This document shows positions 19,719 to 28,564 of a stretch of DNA of 64,000 bases, piece by piece. Every line of letters begins with the position of its first letter. Within the stretch, counting starts at the first letter, position 1. Under the pieces are notes generated by a model. It saw only the letters and a list, made by a program, of their open reading frames with translations, searched no databases and was not told the DNA's origin. The translations under genes were made by a program, and so were the position numbers. This DNA comes from a plasmid, in sequence record NZ_CP024426.1, one strand, 5' to 3'.

Positions 19719-21259
19719 GCGGTTTCCTTCTGGCTGGCACGGGCCTCGGCCAGGGTCATGCGGCTGCGCCGGCCGGCGGGATGGGTGTCGGGATGATCGC
19801 TGCGGCAATGCGCGCCGCGGCTTTCGCGCCGGGCAAGGGCGGCGGCGCAGATCAGCGTCGCAGTGGCGGTCATGTTGCCCAGGGGCGCGCAATCGGGCTG
19901 GGCTGCCTCGATGGCCGCGATCTCGTGCAGGCAGGCGGCAAGCCCTGCCGCGTCGCGCACGACGCCCGCCCCCGCCGTCATCGCCTGGCGCAGGCGCCGG
20001 ACCAGCGCCGGGTCGGGCGGCGGGGCATCGGCCAGTTCGGGCAGGACAACCCGGGCGTGGTCCCCCGCCGCGACCTCGGCCCCGATCGACGCCGCCGCGC
20101 GCGCCGCAAAGACCAGCGCCTCGAGCAGCCCGTTCGAGGCAAGGCGGTTCGCGCCGTGCAGCCCGGTCGACGCCGCCTCGCCGCAGACCCACAGACCGGG
20201 CAGGCTGCTGCGCCCGTCGCGATCGCTTTCGACCCCGCCCATGTGGTAATGCGCCGCGGCGGCGACCGGGATCGGCGCGCGGGTGGGGTCGATCCCCGCC
20301 CGGGCACAGGCAGCTGCCACCGCCGGGAATTCCGTCAGGATCCGCGGCCCCAGGCAATGCCGGGTGTCAAGCGCCGGCCGCAGCCCCGCCTGCGCCTGCA
20401 GATAGACGGCACGGGCCACCACGTCGCGCGGCGCAAGCTCGGCATCGGGGTGCACGGCCAGCATGAAGCGCACGCCCTGAGCATTGACCAGATGCGCGCC
20501 CTCGCCCCGCAGGGCTTCGGTCGCCAGGGGCGCGGGGTCCAGGCCCACGTCCATCGCGGTCGGGTGGAACTGCACGAATTCGGCATCGGCAATCACCGCG
20601 CCTGCCCGGGCGGCCATGCCGACCGCCTGGCCTGCGATGCGGGGCGGATTCGTCGTCAGCGCGTAAAGCCCGCCGACGCCGCCGGCCGCCAGCAGCACCG
20701 CCGGCGCGTGCAGCACGACCTGGGCCGAGGCCGGGGTCCGCATCAGCCGGACGCCGATGACGCGGCCCGCGCGCGTTTCCAGCCCCGTGGCCATCGCCCC
20801 TTCCAGCACCTGGACCGAGGGCGCACGCCGCACCGCCGCCACCAGCACCCGCATGATTTCCGCCCCTGCGCTGTCGCCCCCGACCCGGACCACGCGGGAC
20901 GCGGAATGCGCGGCCTCGCGCGACAGCACATAGGCCCCGGTTTCCGTGCGGTCGAAGGGCGCGCCAAGGGCCGTCAGGTCGCGGATGTGGTCGGGCGCGG
21001 CCCCCGTCACCAGCCGCGCCACCTCGGCCTCGACCAGGCCGGCACCGGCGCGCAGCGTGTCCGCGGCATGGGCCTCGGGGCTGTCGGCGGGGTCCATCGC
21101 CGCCGCCACCCCGCCCTGCGCCCAGGCCGAGCTGGCCCCTTGCCCCAGGGGATCGGGCGAGACGACCAGCACCGGGCGCGGCGCCAGGCGCAGCGCGGCC
21201 GACAGCGCCGCAAGCCCCGCGCCCAGGATGACGATGCGCCCGGTGGCAAGCGCCGTCAT
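19715..21259 (-). CDS. nadB: L-aspartate oxidase
   Basis: FAD motif ILGAGLAALSAAL and the HYHMGG motif. 514 aa from the ATG at 21259. Coupled to nadA and nadC by ATGA overlaps. Confidence 0.9.
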   Translation of the reverse strand: MTALATGRIVILGAGLAALSAALRLAPRPVLVVSPDPLGQGASSAWAQGGVAAAMDPADSPEAHAADTLRAGAGLVEAEVARLVTGAAPDHIRDLTALGAPFDRTETGAYVLSREAAHSASRVVRVGGDSAGAEIMRVLVAAVRRAPSVQVLEGAMATGLETRAGRVIGVRLMRTPASAQVVLHAPAVLLAAGGVGGLYALTTNPPRIAGQAVGMAARAGAVIADAEFVQFHPTAMDVGLDPAPLATEALRGEGAHLVNAQGVRFMLAVHPDAELAPRDVVARAVYLQAQAGLRPALDTRHCLGPRILTEFPAVAAACARAGIDPTRAPIPVAAAAHYHMGGVESDRDGRSSLPGLWVCGEAASTGLHGANRLASNGLLEALVFAARAAASIGAEVAAGDHARVVLPELADAPPPDPALVRRLRQAMTAGAGVVRDAAGLAACLHEIAAIEAAQPDCAPLGNMTATATLICAAALARRESRGAHCRSDHPDTHPAGRRSRMTLAEARASQKETA

Positions 21260-22308
21260 CCCGCCAGCCTGCGCGACAGGTCGATCATGCGCTGCACGGC
21301 ACGGCGGGCCGGTTCGGCGACGCCTGGGTCGACCTCGACCACGCCGGTCATGGAATGCAGCGACCACAGCACCTTTTCCAGCGTGATCTTCTGCATATAG
21401 GGGCACATGTTGCAGGGGCCCAGAAACTCGACCTCCGGGTTCGCGTCCGAGATGTTCGAGGCCATGGAACATTCCGTCACCAGCATGACCTGCTTGGGCT
21501 GCTCGGCCGTCACCCAATCCTGGATATTCGCGGTCGAGCCGGCGTAATCCGCCTCGGCCACCACCTCGGGCGGGCATTCGGGATGGGCGATGATCTTCAG
21601 CCCCGGGTTCCAGTCGCGGAAGTCGCGCAGGTCCTGGGCCGTGAACTGTTCATGCACGATGCAGGCGCCGTCCCACCAGACCACGCGCTTGTGCGGCACC
21701 TTCAGCGCCACGTTCTGCGCCAGCCATTTGTCGGGCGTCATGATGACGGTATCGCTCTCCATCGCCGAAACGATCTGCACCGCGTTGGCGCTGGTGCAGC
21801 AGATGTCGGACGCAGCCTTCACCTCGGCGGTGGTGTTGACATAGCTGACCACCGGCGCGCCCGGATAGCGCGCGCGCATCTCGGCGATGCCTGCGGCGGT
21901 GATGCTTTCGGCCAATGAACAGCCCGCCTCCATGTCCGGCATCAGCACGGTCTTTTGCGGGTTCAGGATCTTCGAGGTCTCGGCCATGAAATGCACGCCG
22001 CATTGCACGATCACATCGGCCTCGACCTCGGTCGCCTTGATCGCCAGGTGCAGGCTGTCGCCCACCACGTCGGAAATCCCGTGATAGATCTGCGGCGTCA
22101 TGTAGTTATGCGCCAGCACGACGGCGTTGCGCTGCCTTTTCAGCTCGTTGATGGCGCGGACATAGGGCGCGTGAATGGCCCAGTCGACCATCGGCATCAC
22201 CCGGCCCATGCGAGCGTGGATGTCCGACATCGCTTCGGCCAGCGCCAGCGAGGGTTCCAGGTCGTAATGCGCGCGCAGCGTGCCGCGAATGTCGGTCAGG
22301 TCCAGCAT
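21256..22308 (-). CDS. nadA: quinolinate synthase
   Basis: Cys-ligand pattern (VQCGVHFMAE ... CIVHEQF ... CNMCPYM). 350 aa from ATG 22308 (MLDLTDIRG). Confidence 0.9.
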   Translation of the reverse strand: MLDLTDIRGTLRAHYDLEPSLALAEAMSDIHARMGRVMPMVDWAIHAPYVRAINELKRQRNAVVLAHNYMTPQIYHGISDVVGDSLHLAIKATEVEADVIVQCGVHFMAETSKILNPQKTVLMPDMEAGCSLAESITAAGIAEMRARYPGAPVVSYVNTTAEVKAASDICCTSANAVQIVSAMESDTVIMTPDKWLAQNVALKVPHKRVVWWDGACIVHEQFTAQDLRDFRDWNPGLKIIAHPECPPEVVAEADYAGSTANIQDWVTAEQPKQVMLVTECSMASNISDANPEVEFLGPCNMCPYMQKITLEKVLWSLHSMTGVVEVDPGVAEPARRAVQRMIDLSRRLAG

Positions 22309-22826
22309 GGCCTTCGTGCCCCCCGCTCTGCTAGAACAAAGCCGCACCCCGGACCCCGGCGGCGCGCGCTGGCTATGCTCTGTAAGGATGACGCAACGTC
22401 AAGGCAACAAGGGATTGCTGCTGCTGCGACAAGGGCGCCAAGGGCCGGACGGCAAGCCCCTGCCACGTTGAAAAAACCCGGCGGGAAAATCCATTCAGGA
22501 AGGACGTTTCCTTCAAGGCAGAGGCAAGACAATCCTGAATGGTTGCAGCCCCGTGCCATAATGCAACTGCGGGCCACCGTTCCAAAAAATCCTTTTGAAA
22601 TGAAACTGCAAATCCGGCGGGTCTGGCCCATCCGATGATATTCTTGGCTCAAGGGCCCCTTTCGTGATATTTTCCGGAAATCTGAAACGACTCGCGCCGG
22701 CCATTTCCCGCGGCGCGGGATTATACTTCGCCCAAGACATTTTCCATAAAGACAGGCAACGCCGCATGGCGGATTTCTTCGCCACGGCATCCCCATAGTT
22801 CGATGACCAGTTGACGGAGTATTGTC

Positions 22827-24623
22827 ATGCTCTTTTCGCTTAGCCACGGGATGCATGTCGTCCAGGACAGCGCCCCCCTTCAGCCAATCGCCGCCGACAG
22901 CACACGTTCGCGCGGCGCGACCGCAGTCGAAGCCGCCCAGACCGAGGCCGGGGTCATCCCGATCGACGCCGTGGTGGACGAAGCCCGGGGGACGACCCGG
23001 GGCCTTGCCCTGGAACGGGCCATGCGCTCGGCCACGGCGCCCGGAGCCTTTCGCTATCTGTTCCGCAACGCGGCCGGGATACCGACCGGCCCGCAGGCGC
23101 TGGCCGCGCTGGATGCCCTGGCCGACAGCATGGCGACCGAGGCGCCCGGCCCCTCGGAAAGCGCGCTGCCCCCGATCCTGACCTATTTCGGGCAGTTCAT
23201 CGACCACGACATCACCGCCAATACCGACCGCGAGGTCGTCGGCCTGTCCGAAATTGCGGGCGACATCCACCCCATGGACCGCGGCACGGTCGAGGCGGGC
23301 CTGGGCAACCTGCGCGAGGGGTCGCTGGGACTGGACAGCCTTTATGGCGACAAGCCCGGCCAGGGGCCCTTTGCCACCAAGCTGGCGCGGCTGATGCGGC
23401 ACCCGACCCTGACCGACAAGATGCGGCTGGGGATGACGGCCGATTCCGGCGGCGGCCGCCCGCCGCTGCCCGCCGACCCCGCCGCCGACCTGCTGCGGCT
23501 GGGCTTTCTGCTGGATCGTGGCGAGATCACCGAGGCCGAGCTGAACGCGCTCGATCCTGCGTTGCGGGCGAACTTCGTGGATAGCGCGGGGCCGATCCGC
23601 ACCCGCGCCATCATCGGCGACGGGCGCAACGACGAAAACCTGCTGGTCGCCCAGTTGCATGTCGCCTTCCTGCGGCTGCACAACTGTTTCGTGGACGTGC
23701 TGGGCGATTTCGACTCCGCGCGTCAAGCGACGCGCTTTCATTACCAATGGCTGGTTCTGCACCAGTATCTGCCGGCGATCTGCGCGGGCAACGTGCTGGA
23801 CGAGGTGCTGGCCACGGGCGCGCCGCTTTATGCCGAGTTCCACGACGCGAACCGGCCCGCCGACCCCGACCAGCTGCCGATGCCGCTGGAGTTTTCGGTC
23901 GCGGGCTTCCGCTTTGGCCATTCGATGGTGCGCGGGGCCTATGACCACAACCGCTTCTTCGGCACGGCCGTCGCGGGCTCGACCCAACTGACCCCGTTCG
24001 CGACCTTCCAGCAGCTGTTCGAGTTCACCGGCAACGGGCGCATGCCCTCGCCGCTGACCGCCGATCCCAAGACCGCGCTGCCGGGGAACTGGGTGATCGA
24101 ATGGGAACGCTTCGTCCATGCCGAAAGCCCGGCCCATTCCGCGCGCAAGATCGACACCCATCTGGCCCCGCCGCTGGCGGACCTGCTGAACGAACCCGCC
24201 AATCCCGCCGTCATGAAGCGGCTGGCGCAGCGCAACCTGCGGCGCGGCTATCGGCTGAACCTGCCCTCGGCCCAGGCCATGGCCGAGGCGATCAATGCGA
24301 CGGGGCTCTACCGCCCGATCCCGATCCTGACGCCCGAGCAGGTGCGCGAGGGGCGCGAGTTCCTGCAGGCGCCTGGCCTGGACGCCGCGACCCCGGCCTG
24401 GTTCTATGTCCTGCGCGAGGCCGAGCTGACGGGCGGCAACCATCTGGGTCCTCTGGGCAGCCATCTGGTCGCCAACACGCTGGTCGGGCTGGTGGTGCAC
24501 GATGCCTCGTCCTATTGGAACGCCCGGATCGGCGGGCACCGCTGGTCGCCCAGCCTGTTCCGCCCGGCCGAGCCCATCGACAGCCTCAAGGCCATGCTGC
24601 GCTTCGTGGGCCTGCTGGTCTAG
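22827..24623 (+). CDS. animal-type heme peroxidase (peroxidase-cyclooxygenase superfamily) homolog
   Basis: Diagnostic distal-His region FGQFIDHDIT and the RNDENLLVAQLHVAFLRLHN region. 598 aa. GGAG Shine-Dalgarno-like sequence 7 nt upstream. Confidence 0.7.
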   Translation: MLFSLSHGMHVVQDSAPLQPIAADSTRSRGATAVEAAQTEAGVIPIDAVVDEARGTTRGLALERAMRSATAPGAFRYLFRNAAGIPTGPQALAALDALADSMATEAPGPSESALPPILTYFGQFIDHDITANTDREVVGLSEIAGDIHPMDRGTVEAGLGNLREGSLGLDSLYGDKPGQGPFATKLARLMRHPTLTDKMRLGMTADSGGGRPPLPADPAADLLRLGFLLDRGEITEAELNALDPALRANFVDSAGPIRTRAIIGDGRNDENLLVAQLHVAFLRLHNCFVDVLGDFDSARQATRFHYQWLVLHQYLPAICAGNVLDEVLATGAPLYAEFHDANRPADPDQLPMPLEFSVAGFRFGHSMVRGAYDHNRFFGTAVAGSTQLTPFATFQQLFEFTGNGRMPSPLTADPKTALPGNWVIEWERFVHAESPAHSARKIDTHLAPPLADLLNEPANPAVMKRLAQRNLRRGYRLNLPSAQAMAEAINATGLYRPIPILTPEQVREGREFLQAPGLDAATPAWFYVLREAELTGGNHLGPLGSHLVANTLVGLVVHDASSYWNARIGGHRWSPSLFRPAEPIDSLKAMLRFVGLLV

Positions 24624-24656
24624 TCGCCTGGGGGCGGCGCTGGTCCGTGCCGCCCT

Positions 24657-25673
24657 TCAGCCAAGCCCGCGCAGGATTTCGTCCGTCTGCGGCATGCGCG
24701 CCAGGCTTGCCCCGATCCGGGCCCGCCAGCGCGGGCCCCGCGACAGGGCATCGCGATAGGCGTCGCGCAGGTCCTCGGGCCGGTCCTCGGCCAGGACCTG
24801 GACCAGAAAGGCAGCCTGGCCTCGGTCCTTGCGCGCCTTGGCCTGGTCGGGCCCGCCGCGCCTGCGGTCGGCCACGATCAGCTTGTGGATGGCAAAGCGT
24901 TCGGGCCGGGGGATCTGCACCAGCACCCCCGAGCGGTACAGGGCGACCGCCGGGATCGGCTCGGCGATCAGGAAGTTCAGATAGTTCAGCGCCTGCGCGC
25001 TGACCCCCAGCGCCGGCAGCGGCTTGACCTGTTCCTGGCCAAAGGCGGGGGTCAGGAACTCGACCATCGCCTCGCCCCGGCCCTGGCGCCATTTCCAGAC
25101 CTGGCGGTCGCCCACGCCCGGCACCGGGTCGAACTTCAGCGCGCGCAGGATGTCGTCCGGGGTCTCCTCGACCCGGTCGTCCAGCGCGACCGACAGCCGA
25201 TGAAAGCTCGCCAGGTCGATGTCCCCGGTCCGAGCCAGCTCCTCGGTGTCGAAGCGCACGCCCAGTTCGCCCTGATACAGCGCATAGGCCGCCGTTCCGA
25301 CCAGCGTGCCGCCCAGCCGGAACACCCCCGCCCGGGCAAAGGCCAGCAGCATCGAGCCGGTGTCGCGGTCCGTGGCGATCATGCCCTCGGCCCGCAGGAT
25401 GCGCGCCAGCCGCGCCATCCGGTCGCGGCGCGCATCCGCATCGGCCCGCAGGGCAGCAGCGCGGGCCAGACGCTCGCGCAGTTCGGGCGTGCCCTCGCCC
25501 AGATAGCGGCTTTTCATCTCGGACCCCAGGCGAAAACGGTCATAAAGATAGGTCCGGCCGTTCCTGTGCCGCTCCTCGACGCTGCCCAGAAGCGCAGAGG
25601 CCCCCTCGTCCAGATGCAACCGCAGCAGGTCCTGATAGGCGACCTGCGCGGTGCGGGAATGCGACACGGGCAT
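24657..25673 (-). CDS. nucleotidyltransferase-fold protein (GSU2403-like family)
   Basis: 338 aa, with an hG[GS]...D[IL]D pol-beta-like motif (LGGTLVGTAAYALY...TGDIDLASF). Family assignment is from recall only. Confidence 0.5.
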   Translation of the reverse strand: MPVSHSRTAQVAYQDLLRLHLDEGASALLGSVEERHRNGRTYLYDRFRLGSEMKSRYLGEGTPELRERLARAAALRADADARRDRMARLARILRAEGMIATDRDTGSMLLAFARAGVFRLGGTLVGTAAYALYQGELGVRFDTEELARTGDIDLASFHRLSVALDDRVEETPDDILRALKFDPVPGVGDRQVWKWRQGRGEAMVEFLTPAFGQEQVKPLPALGVSAQALNYLNFLIAEPIPAVALYRSGVLVQIPRPERFAIHKLIVADRRRGGPDQAKARKDRGQAAFLVQVLAEDRPEDLRDAYRDALSRGPRWRARIGASLARMPQTDEILRGLG

Positions 25674-25775
25674 TACCTGCGCCCCCGGTGTGGATCAAAT
25701 TTATTTCTGCTGCACATGAATTATGGGTATCGAAATATTTCATGCTGCACAACAGCTCCGACAGGATGGCCGGCC

Positions 25776-26540
25776 CTAGACGATATTGCGGCGACGCGCG
25801 ACCTGGATCGCCTCGGGGATGGTGGGGGCGCCCAGCCGGCTGCGCACCGAGGTCAGGCGGGCCCGCAGCGCGCCCGTCGAGATGCCCAGCATATGCGCGG
25901 CAATCGCATAGGGCTTGCCCGCGGCGACCAGCCGCAGCGCCTGCAATTCGCGAAAGGTGATCGACTGCGGCAGGTTGCGGGTGTGCAGCCGCTGCACGGC
26001 ATCCTGCAGCCATTCGATCTCGTCGCGCGCGAAGGGCCGGTCCGGCCGCGCAAAGCCCGCAAGGGTGCGCGCCTTGATCTCTCCCGTTCCGATGATCAGG
26101 CCGTGCTTCAGGCCGTGGGCCGCCGCATCGGCAAAGATCCCCGCGGTATCCAGATGGGCCAGCGCGCTCCACCGTGCGGCGCCGTTGTTGGCAAAGCCCC
26201 AGGCGATGGTCGGGTCGCGCAGCCGATAGGACATGGCGGCATACCGCTCCTGCCATTCGGGGGGATAGGTGTTGAACACCAGATCCGCCTTGGACTGGCG
26301 GATCCGGATTCCCATGTAATACCCGGCCGGGGCCAGCGCCCTGATGATTTCCCGGTCCTTATCCGCACTGAACGCCACCGCAGGTCCTCGCCAGACATCA
26401 TTCCTTGCGGCTTGCTGGCCCCGATGCGGGGCCAAGCGCCGGAATCGGCGCTGCGATACCAAAGCTTCCCGCCCAGGGCCACGGGCAACCTGCGGCTGTG
26501 CAGGTCCGCGTGCCCGGCCGGCCACAGCCCGACGCCGCAA
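25776..26540 (-). CDS. LuxR-family autoinducer-binding transcriptional regulator (solo; no luxI in window)
   Basis: Autoinducer-binding domain (YYMGIRIRQSKADLVFNTYPPEWQERYAAMSYRLRDPTIAWG) plus C-terminal LuxR HTH (LTFRELQALRLVAAGKPYAIAAHMLGIS). The true start is probably an internal GTG or TTG. Confidence 0.75.
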   Translation of the reverse strand: MRRRAVAGRARGPAQPQVARGPGREALVSQRRFRRLAPHRGQQAARNDVWRGPAVAFSADKDREIIRALAPAGYYMGIRIRQSKADLVFNTYPPEWQERYAAMSYRLRDPTIAWGFANNGAARWSALAHLDTAGIFADAAAHGLKHGLIIGTGEIKARTLAGFARPDRPFARDEIEWLQDAVQRLHTRNLPQSITFRELQALRLVAAGKPYAIAAHMLGISTGALRARLTSVRSRLGAPTIPEAIQVARRRNIV

Positions 26541-26616
26541 CCGCCCGCAGCTTGCCCGCGCCCGCTTTCCTGCCTAGAGCTTGACCCTGGAAACGCCAAA
26601 TTGCGGGAGCATCGCG

Positions 26617-27540
26617 ATGCGCGAACTTGTCTTGCTGCGGACCCATATCTTTGACGAGGCCACGCGCAGCTTCTGCGACTATCTGCGCGAGACTTCGGGG
26701 CGCGACGTGGCGCTGATCTGCGAAGAAGGGGGCGGGCCGGTCGACGTCGGCAAGGGCCGCGCCAAGATCGGCCTGGACCGCGCCCATGTCGAGGCGATGG
26801 GCCTGCACACGCCCAAGAACTTCGGCTGGCTCTGCGGCGATTACTTCCTTTACGTCGGGATGCAGGCGCTGCCCCATTACGACCGTTACTGGCTGGTCGA
26901 ATACGACGTGCGGCTGAGCTTTGCCGAAGCGCGCGAGTTCTTCGACCTGTTCGCCGATCCCGGCGTGGATTTCCTGGCCTTCATGATGCACGAGGCCGGC
27001 CCGAACTGGAACTGGCACGCGGTCATGCTGCCCTTCAGCCCCCGCGTCCACGCCTGCAACTTCTCGATCGTGGCCGCCAGCCGCAAGGCGCTGGACCATG
27101 CGCTGGCGGCGCGGCGGCGCATGTCCCAGGGCTTTGCCGAAACCCAGGCCCAGGACCCGGCGCGGCGCTGGCCGAACGACGAATCCTTCATGGCGACGCT
27201 GCTGAACGAAGGCGGCTTTCGCTGCCGCGGCCTGAACGGCATGGGCCGGCGCCTGTCCACGCCCGAAACCTATCGCGAAGGCGCGCCCATGTCGCATCGC
27301 CGCATTGCCGGGATGACGCCGAACGGGATGGTCTATCACCCGGTCCATGTCGGCGAACGCTTCCTGCGCAAGGCCGACAGCTTTGTCCAGATGCACGAGG
27401 GGCGCGGCATCAGCCTGGCCCGGGCCGAGGCGCTGTTCACCCAGGAGCTGCGCGACGACATCCTGCTGGAAGGCGGGCCCGAGGCGCTGGCGCGCCACGA
27501 CCGCCGCATCGCCGCGCTGAAGCAGCGCCTGACTGCCTGA
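26617..27540 (+). CDS. hypothetical protein, first gene of the putative glycan-modification cluster
   Basis: Internal ATG (MRELVLLRTH) with a GGGAG Shine-Dalgarno-like sequence. No recognised domain. The YWLVEYDVR stretch is reminiscent of a DxD nucleotide-sugar transferase, but that is speculative. Confidence 0.5.
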   Translation: MRELVLLRTHIFDEATRSFCDYLRETSGRDVALICEEGGGPVDVGKGRAKIGLDRAHVEAMGLHTPKNFGWLCGDYFLYVGMQALPHYDRYWLVEYDVRLSFAEAREFFDLFADPGVDFLAFMMHEAGPNWNWHAVMLPFSPRVHACNFSIVAASRKALDHALAARRRMSQGFAETQAQDPARRWPNDESFMATLLNEGGFRCRGLNGMGRRLSTPETYREGAPMSHRRIAGMTPNGMVYHPVHVGERFLRKADSFVQMHEGRGISLARAEALFTQELRDDILLEGGPEALARHDRRIAALKQRLTA

Positions 27541-27629
27541 CGAAGGGGCCCGGTCTTTCGACAGGCCGCGCGTTGGGCTAAGGCTGGACCCGGGCCCGCG
27601 CGGCCCCCTGCCCCAGGAGTCGTCCAGGA

Positions 27630-28361
27630 ATGCCAGCCTATCGCCATCTTTACGCCCCGCAGGGGGGGTACGTGTTCGTCGTCACCTATGGACGCTCGGG
27701 CTCGACCCTGACGCAGAACCTGCTGAACGCGATCCCCGGCTATGCCATCCGGGGCGAGAATGCGAACCTGACCCATCTGTTCGCCAAGGCCATCCACCTG
27801 GTGCGCGAACACGAGATGTTCCGCTGGCGCCGCGAGGACCTGGAAAAGCCTCGCGACGAACGGCGGCCCTATCTGAAACCCATCCTGGGCAAGCCCTGGG
27901 ACCCCTGGGCCGGCGCCGAAAAGGTCGATCCCGACCAGTTCAGCCTGGCCCTGATGGATCTTTTCGTGCGCCAGGTGCTGCGGCCGCCCAAGGATTGCCG
28001 GGTCAGCGGCTTCAAGGAGATCCGCTTTCACGAGGACGCGGCCTTTTTCCGCGACCACCTCGACATCATGCGCACCGTCTTTCCCAAGGCGCGCTTCCTG
28101 TTCCAGCGCCGCAACCACGAGGCGGTCGCCAAGTCCAGCTGGTGGGCAAAGCAGCCGCGCGAAAAGGTCTTTGCCCAGTTGCGCCAGGCCGAGCAGCTGT
28201 TTCTGGCCTATGCCGCGGCCCATCCCGACTGCGCGATGATGCTGGACTACGAAGGGCTGGTCTCGGGGCCCGACTATATCCGCGGCATGCACGATTTCCT
28301 GGGCGAAGCGATGGACCGCCAGGCGGTCGAGGCGGTGCTGGCCCGCAGCCTGCGGCACTAG
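27630..28361 (+). CDS. sulfotransferase-family protein (PAPS-dependent, Stf0/NodH-like P-loop)
   Basis: 5'-PSB-like P-loop VVTYGRSGSTLTQNLL near the N-terminus. 243 aa. Confidence 0.62.
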   Translation: MPAYRHLYAPQGGYVFVVTYGRSGSTLTQNLLNAIPGYAIRGENANLTHLFAKAIHLVREHEMFRWRREDLEKPRDERRPYLKPILGKPWDPWAGAEKVDPDQFSLALMDLFVRQVLRPPKDCRVSGFKEIRFHEDAAFFRDHLDIMRTVFPKARFLFQRRNHEAVAKSSWWAKQPREKVFAQLRQAEQLFLAYAAAHPDCAMMLDYEGLVSGPDYIRGMHDFLGEAMDRQAVEAVLARSLRH

Positions 28362-28564
28362 GTCAAGCATCGCCCCCTGATCGGACGGTCGCCGTGGTTC
28401 GGAACCGCACGGTTTCGTGACTGGCCCTCTGGCGCCGTCGACGATTTGCCGCTAGGCAACGGTTCAGCCGGAGAGGAGGCGTCACGCCCCCTCGCCACGG
28501 GCAGACTATATGCTAGATTGACAATCCTTAGACGGATAATTGCAGACTGCAGGGTAATTGGTCC

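Noticed and set aside
18870-20357. 495-aa track ORF presented as a single nadC protein
   Set aside because: Only the last 282 aa match NadC. The upstream part reads through the 3' end of nadB in another frame. A proper ATG plus a GAAGGAAA Shine-Dalgarno-like sequence occurs at 19718. The same logic trimmed the 5' extensions of nadB, crtI, crtY, crtX, eutA, eutC, doeA, doeD, mauM, mauN, the helicase, the SDR, the AraC gene and others.
22296-24539. Long GC-rich antisense ORF opposite the heme peroxidase (22827-24623, 747 aa)
   Set aside because: Arg/Gly/Ala/Pro-rich junk translation with no motifs, typical of the stop-poor antisense frame in high-GC DNA. The opposite strand encodes the peroxidase with its diagnostic FGQFIDHDIT motif.
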